A stretch of 64,000 bases of DNA, taken from positions 120,722 through 184,721 of the forward strand of contig CAZYIX010000002.1 in assembly GCA_964647665.1 (NCBI GenBank), written 5' to 3'. Shown here piece after piece: positions 58,579 to 64,000 of this stretch (positions are counted from its first letter, which is position 1; every line of letters starts with the position of its first letter). Position numbers and translations under genes: made by a program. This DNA comes from an uncultured Candidatus Poseidoniales archaeon (GTDB lineage: Archaea > Thermoplasmatota > Poseidoniia > Poseidoniales > Thalassarchaeaceae). The notes under the pieces were generated by a model that was not told the DNA's origin, did no database searches, and saw nothing but the letters and a program-made list of their open reading frames with translations.

Positions 58579-59250
58579 TTGCGTAGTAAAACAATTTTGG
58601 TTATTCTTCTGACCATGCTCATGCTATCTACCAACGCGCTCTCTGGGTGTCTCTCCAATGACACCACTCCACCAGATGTATTCCATGGTGAGGACATAAT
58701 GGGTGGAGATACAGAGTATTTGGTCCCTGCATTTACCCTATCATCCCATGATGGAACTACCGTCAATCTATCTGACTATGAGGGGAAGGTTGTCATTGTC
58801 TCCTTTGTTTACACCCGATGCCCAGATGTTTGTCCCGCCGTTTCAGCCAGCCTGGCATGGACGCTTGAGGCACTAGGCGGAAATTACGGAGAAGATGTGG
58901 CAATTCTCAGCATCACAGTTGACCCCTGGTTTGATTCCGAAACGGTGCTCAACGACTATGCTGTGGGCCGAAATCTTTCGTGGCCGCATCTCCGTGGAGA
59001 AGTGGAAGACCTAGAGCCAATCTGGGAATCATTCCACGTTGGGCTGCGCACCTATCTCAACGATTCTAACGAAGAGGATAATGGCACCGAAGGACGCAGT
59101 GCCGCAAGGCATCACCCCGACTATCTTGTCGACCATTCAACAGCGACAATTATCATCGACAGAAATCACATTCAGAGGGTGTTCTGGGGCGACCAAGATT
59201 GGGTTCCTGAACTGTTCCTGGATGATGTTCATGCGCTTATTGCTGAATAA
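58579..59250 (+). CDS. SCO1/SenC family thioredoxin-like copper chaperone (lipoprotein)
   Basis: 'VVIVSFVYTRCPDVCPAV' CxxxCP copper-binding motif of Sco proteins. Signal with lipobox-like 'ALSGC'. Confidence 0.65.
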   Translation: MRSKTILVILLTMLMLSTNALSGCLSNDTTPPDVFHGEDIMGGDTEYLVPAFTLSSHDGTTVNLSDYEGKVVIVSFVYTRCPDVCPAVSASLAWTLEALGGNYGEDVAILSITVDPWFDSETVLNDYAVGRNLSWPHLRGEVEDLEPIWESFHVGLRTYLNDSNEEDNGTEGRSAARHHPDYLVDHSTATIIIDRNHIQRVFWGDQDWVPELFLDDVHALIAE

Positions 59251-59255
59251 TACAA

Positions 59256-62126
59256 TCAGAGTCCAAGGTGGCTCTTCGCTGCTGCAAGTGCGTCAGGGAT
59301 TCCGTCACCATTTGAGCCACCACCCTGTGCAAATGTTGGCTTTCCACCTCCGCCACCACCGATGTGACTAGCAATGGCGTTCAAAATCGTAGTTGCATCG
59401 TGACGTTCAGATGCGATTGTGTCTTCGGTAAGTGCGATGATGAGTTTGCCTCCACCATCTCGGCTTCCTACAACTGCACAGGTTGGTTTGGATTCGTCGA
59501 GCGTCAATTCACCCACCATCTTCTGTATCGACTTGAGGTCGCCTGTGGCTTCGATTACAACATAGCGAATTCCGTCCTTTTCAACCGCTTCATCACCGCC
59601 ACCACTGGTTCGCAATCGGACGATTTCCGCTTCAAGGCTCTCAATCTGTTTCTGCTGCGATTTCCACTCATCAAAGAAGCGAGTGACGGCCCTAGGAAGG
59701 TCATCTGGCTGCACGCCAAGGGCATCTGCTGCTTCACTCAGTAGTCGCTCTTGGCGACGGGCATGCTCCCTCGCTGTCTCTCCGGCCACGATTTGCAGAC
59801 GTTCCACCCCGTCTTGGACTTGACTAGAGCGAATGATGCGAACCTCGCCAATTTGACCCACTTCGTCGTGATGCGTTCCTCCGCATGCCTGCACATCGTG
59901 GTCGCCAATGCGAATAACCCGAATCTCGGTATGTTTTGGTGCGCCACCTTGGTACAAGTTGAGCCCAAAACGCTGGTCGGCTTCGGCCCGGGACAAAACA
60001 AGTTTCTCGACACTGGCATTTGCCGCAACAATCTCGTTAGCGTGGTCCTCAATTGCATCAAGATGGTCGCGATTCAGCCGACTGTGGTGGGTGACGTCCA
60101 AGCGAGCGTAGCGCTCACCCTTGTTGGAACCAGCCTGCCAGATGTGAGCTCCAAGTAATTTACGAGCAGAACCACCAATGATGTGAACCGATGTGTGGTG
60201 ATCCATCAACTGCTTGCGGCGTTCCCAATCGATTTCGCCGCTGACCCCCGATGATTCAAGGTGCCCATCGGTGAGATGCACAATCACTTCTCCCTCTATG
60301 CGGGCATCGAAAACTTTCACCGAGTGACCGTTCTGTGAGAGTTGTCCTGCATCGGCGAGTTGACCCCCACCTTCAGGATAGAATAGAGTTGAATCGAGTA
60401 CGACAGCATGGGTGGGCTCACCCATCACCTCACTTGACAGGTTCAAAGTGGCGATGTCCTCGGCAGTGAGTTGGTGAGAATGCAGAACTGTCGCCTCAAA
60501 TGAGGTGGCAGCAGTATCGGCGTAGTAATCGAGGGAAGTAGCAGGCAAATCTGCTCCGTTGAGTAGCGAATGTACGCTAGCAGTTTGAGCGGCAGCCTTG
60601 GTAGCAGCGGCATTCCTTGCCGCCATATCCGCAGCAAATCCGACTCGCAGTGACAGGTTAGGCCAACCCATTTCCTTAGCCATGGCCACCGTCATATCAG
60701 GTTGAAGGCCACGTTCCTCAGCCAGCCGAAACAATATCTCGTCTGGAATATCAGATGCATCACTACCCACATCATTCAGAGCTGTACCGACTGCGGCCTC
60801 ACCCTTCCGCATCATCTCATGATATCGAGCCTCTTCAAGGGAGAGAATCTCCAGAATTCCCTCGCGACTCTGTGCGAAGGTGGAGATATCGAGATTGACA
60901 TCCAAGTGGTGGACACCCAACTCAGCGAGGCTAATGCCAATCCCCAACTCGTCTTTCATCCGACACACTCGGCGAGCGAGCATCCTGACTAGATAGCCAG
61001 ATTTGGCGTTGCTTGGAACCATTGCATCACCCAACATATTGCACAAAGCATGCATGTGGTCAGGAATGGCATAGATGGATGAAAGCGGCTCAGTCACCTG
61101 TTTCAGTCCATCAATAGTGACTTTTACACCCCTGTCCGCAAGCCGCTCAACCAGTCGGGTGTACAGTGATGAGACATCGGTGCCAACATCGATGTTCAGT
61201 ATACCTGCGAGTCGAGACAATTCTGAGAGAAGGGAAGTAACGTCAACCTCACCAAGAGATTTGAGGCGCTTATCAAAATCGCACAGCGATTTCAGCCACT
61301 CAACACTTTCTGGATAAATCGCTTCGTAAATGGTTGGTGTGCCAGCAGCAGCCCAGCAAAATCGCTCTAGACCGTAGCCGGTGTCAATTATCTGCAACGG
61401 CATTTTTGTGTAGCACAGACCCTTGATTTCCACTTCACCCTCTGGATGCTCTTGCAAATTCATGAACACCAGAGTGGCTAACTCAAGCCCGCCGACGATA
61501 ACCTCGACGGCTGGGCCGGCATTGCCGCCGCCAGACCACGGACTCTCAACATAGGTAATCTCCAGTGGGTCGATTGCGAGGGAGTCGACAAGTAGAGAAT
61601 CACATAGTCGCACACACTCATCAATCCAATACACTACCTCATCGTCATCTGGTCGGTTGAAACAGTGGTGAGCCATCATCTCAAAGGTGGTTAGATGTCG
61701 ACCAGAACGCCCTACTGCGGCGACATCAGTCAGCCTAATACAAGGTTGCGAGATTGTCAAGGGATTGGCTGGAGCCGGAACCTTCCCCGATGTGACATGA
61801 GGTTGGAAAACTGCGATACTCGCAATGGTCAGATGGATGTCATCACGCCATCTTGCCACCACTGGATAGGGCGCTACCCGTTGGTGCTGATGTTGCTCAA
61901 AGAATGTGAGGAATGATTCGCGCATCGCATCCTTGAGAGACTTTCCTCGCTGAGAATACCCCTCAATGATTGGATTTCCGATGAAAGTGTACTCGTCCTC
62001 GACAGTGTCGCCACAGGTGTCCCTATCCGCATCCCTAGTCCAGAATCGCTGTCCAGTCACTCGACAAATTGCTAGACGGAAACCGGCCTTTGCGAAGAAC
62101 GGGATATCTATCTCTCCGAAGGCCAT
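59256..62126 (-). CDS. alaS: Alanyl-tRNA synthetase (archaeal type)
   Basis: N-terminal 'FFAKAGFRLAICRVTGQRFWT...CGDT..Y.FIGNP' matches the archaeal AlaRS N-terminus. Editing-domain HxxxH 'TSVHIIGG...HH', 'CGGTH' and C-terminal DHHA1 'GGGGGK'. Start ambiguous (M at 62126 or 62186; the ORF track extends to 62402). Confidence 0.8.
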   Translation of the reverse strand: MAFGEIDIPFFAKAGFRLAICRVTGQRFWTRDADRDTCGDTVEDEYTFIGNPIIEGYSQRGKSLKDAMRESFLTFFEQHQHQRVAPYPVVARWRDDIHLTIASIAVFQPHVTSGKVPAPANPLTISQPCIRLTDVAAVGRSGRHLTTFEMMAHHCFNRPDDDEVVYWIDECVRLCDSLLVDSLAIDPLEITYVESPWSGGGNAGPAVEVIVGGLELATLVFMNLQEHPEGEVEIKGLCYTKMPLQIIDTGYGLERFCWAAAGTPTIYEAIYPESVEWLKSLCDFDKRLKSLGEVDVTSLLSELSRLAGILNIDVGTDVSSLYTRLVERLADRGVKVTIDGLKQVTEPLSSIYAIPDHMHALCNMLGDAMVPSNAKSGYLVRMLARRVCRMKDELGIGISLAELGVHHLDVNLDISTFAQSREGILEILSLEEARYHEMMRKGEAAVGTALNDVGSDASDIPDEILFRLAEERGLQPDMTVAMAKEMGWPNLSLRVGFAADMAARNAAATKAAAQTASVHSLLNGADLPATSLDYYADTAATSFEATVLHSHQLTAEDIATLNLSSEVMGEPTHAVVLDSTLFYPEGGGQLADAGQLSQNGHSVKVFDARIEGEVIVHLTDGHLESSGVSGEIDWERRKQLMDHHTSVHIIGGSARKLLGAHIWQAGSNKGERYARLDVTHHSRLNRDHLDAIEDHANEIVAANASVEKLVLSRAEADQRFGLNLYQGGAPKHTEIRVIRIGDHDVQACGGTHHDEVGQIGEVRIIRSSQVQDGVERLQIVAGETAREHARRQERLLSEAADALGVQPDDLPRAVTRFFDEWKSQQKQIESLEAEIVRLRTSGGGDEAVEKDGIRYVVIEATGDLKSIQKMVGELTLDESKPTCAVVGSRDGGGKLIIALTEDTIASERHDATTILNAIASHIGGGGGGKPTFAQGGGSNGDGIPDALAAAKSHLGL

Positions 62127-62162
62127 GGATGTCCCTAAATTGAGTCGAGACGCACTCGATTC

Positions 62163-63725
62163 TTGAAATCCACTGTATGCGCCCATAGGGCGCAGCCGAT
62201 ATGTCGAGTGCGAAATCAACTTCAAAGCAAAGCCACACCGGCGGTCGTGAACGACGAGGGCGCGGCGTGGAAACAACACGTCGAAAACGATGCTGAGTGC
62301 ATCAAGAGAATCAGAAAACACGGTTCTATGAGAGCAGATGCTCTGCTGGTAACCGATGATGCGCACTGGAATACTCACAGCGATGACCGCTCGCCTGGCC
62401 AATTGGTGAATACCGCGTCACTTCCCGGCATTGTAGGGGAAGCATGGGCGATGGCAGACTGGCATTTCGGCTACGGCTTCCCAATAGGAGGAGTGGTTGC
62501 AACCGACATCGAGAATGGCGGTGTAATCTCACCGGGTGGAGTCGGATTCGACATCAACTGCGGCGTCAGGCTATGTGCAACTGAACTCGATGTCGCCGAT
62601 ATCCGCGATCTGAAGGGTTTAGCGAGTCGACTAGCCGGTCGTATTCCTGCTGGAGCTTCTGGCAAGGGCGGCGTTAGCCTTGATGCAACTGGATTGGAGG
62701 CGATTCTTGCAGAAGGTGCCGCCGCAGCAATCGAAATGGGCTACGGCGAGGCAAGAGACCTAGCTACCATCGAGAGTAACGGATTGCTGGAAGGTGATGA
62801 GCGAGGACTTTCGGAACGTGCACAGAAGCGAGGGATGAAGGCTCTTGGAACACTTGGTTCTGGCAACCATTTCCTAGAATTGCAAGTCGTTGATCGTGTA
62901 GTGGATGAACAAGCCGCGAAATCCTTCGGACTGCGAGAAGGGCAAGTTACAGCAATGATTCACACAGGTAGCCGTGGCCTTGGACATCAGGTATGTACCG
63001 ACCATGTCGGAGACATCGAGAAGCGCTATCGTGGCCATGGCACTAGTTGGACTTGTGAGGAGTGGGACATCACTCTACCCGACCGCCAACTCGCAGCCGC
63101 TCCATTCCATAGCCGACAGGGCCAGGCCTACTTCGAAGCGATGCAGGCTGCTGGCAACTATGCATTTGCAAATCGCTCCGCACTGACTCAAAGGCTGAGA
63201 GAAGGTCTGCGCGCCCATCTCGGAGCGGCTGATTGTGACCTACGCTTGGTCTACGATGTCTGTCATAACATCGCGAAAATCGAGGAACATGTGGTTCACG
63301 GTGTGTCGTGCACCTGCTGCGTACACCGCAAGGGTGCCACACGGGCCCTAGGTGGCGACCATCCTGAACTAACATCGACATTCAGTGGAATTGGTCAGCC
63401 GGTGCTCATTCCCGGTGACATGGGCACCGCATCTTGGGTTCTCGCTGGCCCTGAAAGCGGCGGCAATCGGGCCTTCTCATCCTCATGCCATGGTGCCGGA
63501 CGGGCACTCTCAAGAAGTGCCGCTCGAAAGCAAGTCGATGGGAAGGCTCTCGCTGAAAGGCTCGATGCGGATGGAATCTATGTCCATGCAAAGACACCAA
63601 ATGTGCTCAGTGAGGAGGCACCTGAGGCTTACAAGGACGTAGATGAAGTCATCAGATTGACGGCAGGGGCGGGTCTTGCTCGACCGGTGGCGCGATTGAA
63701 ACCTATCGCCGTCATCAAAGGCTGA
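62163..63725 (+). CDS. rtcB: tRNA-splicing ligase RtcB
   Basis: 'ASLPGIVGEAWAMADWHFGYGFPIGGV', 'GSGNHFLELQ' and 'HTGSRGLGHQV' RtcB active-site motifs. True start may be downstream of 62163 (the only in-frame Met before the conserved region is at 62328). Confidence 0.85.
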   Translation: MKSTVCAHRAQPICRVRNQLQSKATPAVVNDEGAAWKQHVENDAECIKRIRKHGSMRADALLVTDDAHWNTHSDDRSPGQLVNTASLPGIVGEAWAMADWHFGYGFPIGGVVATDIENGGVISPGGVGFDINCGVRLCATELDVADIRDLKGLASRLAGRIPAGASGKGGVSLDATGLEAILAEGAAAAIEMGYGEARDLATIESNGLLEGDERGLSERAQKRGMKALGTLGSGNHFLELQVVDRVVDEQAAKSFGLREGQVTAMIHTGSRGLGHQVCTDHVGDIEKRYRGHGTSWTCEEWDITLPDRQLAAAPFHSRQGQAYFEAMQAAGNYAFANRSALTQRLREGLRAHLGAADCDLRLVYDVCHNIAKIEEHVVHGVSCTCCVHRKGATRALGGDHPELTSTFSGIGQPVLIPGDMGTASWVLAGPESGGNRAFSSSCHGAGRALSRSAARKQVDGKALAERLDADGIYVHAKTPNVLSEEAPEAYKDVDEVIRLTAGAGLARPVARLKPIAVIKG

Positions 63726-64000
63726 GGCCGCTCAATTTCACCACGACTCATGTGGTGTTTTCTTGGTTCTCTGAACTTCGGGAGTTGATGTGTCGCCGAC
63801 TAATTTTGACGACCATCACCCACCAAAGGAGTTCTAGAACTACCAAAGCGAGGGCCATCCCCCAGCCAAACCCTGATTCGACTTGATTGAGTCCTGTCGA
63901 ACCAGATGCCGTGTTCCATGCCTCTACCATGCTAAACATTGTCTTTCCTTCATTTTACGTCACATCGATATCCCCGGGCGAGTGCCGCCAGGGGGTGTTG

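Noticed and set aside
63748-63939. 63-aa minus-strand ORF at the window end
   Set aside because: A short hydrophobic peptide with no support other than being an ORF. It may be a small membrane protein but cannot be substantiated.
1-64000. Mobile elements, prophage or defence islands
   Set aside because: No transposase, integrase, terminal inverted repeats, restriction-modification, Cas or toxin-antitoxin signatures recognised. Composition appears uniform apart from lower GC in TM-rich stretches.

Overview
This 64 kb window reads as a chromosomal segment of an archaeon. The gene content supports this: archease, RtcB, an EndA-like tRNA-splicing endonuclease, archaeal-type AlaRS and ValRS, geranylgeranyl reductase, LDH-like malate dehydrogenase, PntAB, and a variant CcmE with CXXXY. 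A marine Thermoplasmatota or Poseidoniales-like origin is an inference from the many large acidic Ca-binding surface proteins and cannot be verified here. I call 43 protein-coding genes, and nearly all space is coding. Housekeeping genes include valS (partial), alaS, topA (type IA), pyrD and pyrK, pntAA, pntAB and pntB, mdh, pepP-like M24 aminopeptidase, geranylgeranyl reductase, a class I/II aminotransferase, a radical-SAM MqnC/MqnE-like enzyme, a NUDIX hydrolase, an EVE-domain protein, an RfaE-like sugar kinase, tatC, and the tRNA-splicing set (archease, endA-like, rtcB). These are interleaved with an unusually dense set of envelope and secreted proteins. That set comprises two COG1033 RND-superfamily exporters, a 1027-aa TSP3-type Ca-binding repeat protein, a PKD-domain surface protein, a 1712-aa giant acidic surface protein with a run of tandem N-glycosylation sequons, and an M6-like HEXXH metalloprotease. 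It also includes a lipoprotein with a C-terminal PNGase F-like domain, two LVIVD beta-propeller proteins flanked by two paralogous small anchored proteins and a Sco1/SenC gene, and a CcmE with the archaeal CXXXY heme motif. One non-coding gene is proposed: an SRP (7S) RNA between ccmE and the downstream exporter. No CRISPR array, transposase, integrase or rRNA was seen. No tRNA was recognised by eye, but I cannot run a tRNA scan. The most interesting candidates are the Sco1-linked extracellular cluster of LVIVD propellers plus His1 proteins, the PNGase F-like lipoprotein operon, the orphan variant ccmE, and a translationally coupled membrane-protein pair of unknown function (7124-11459).
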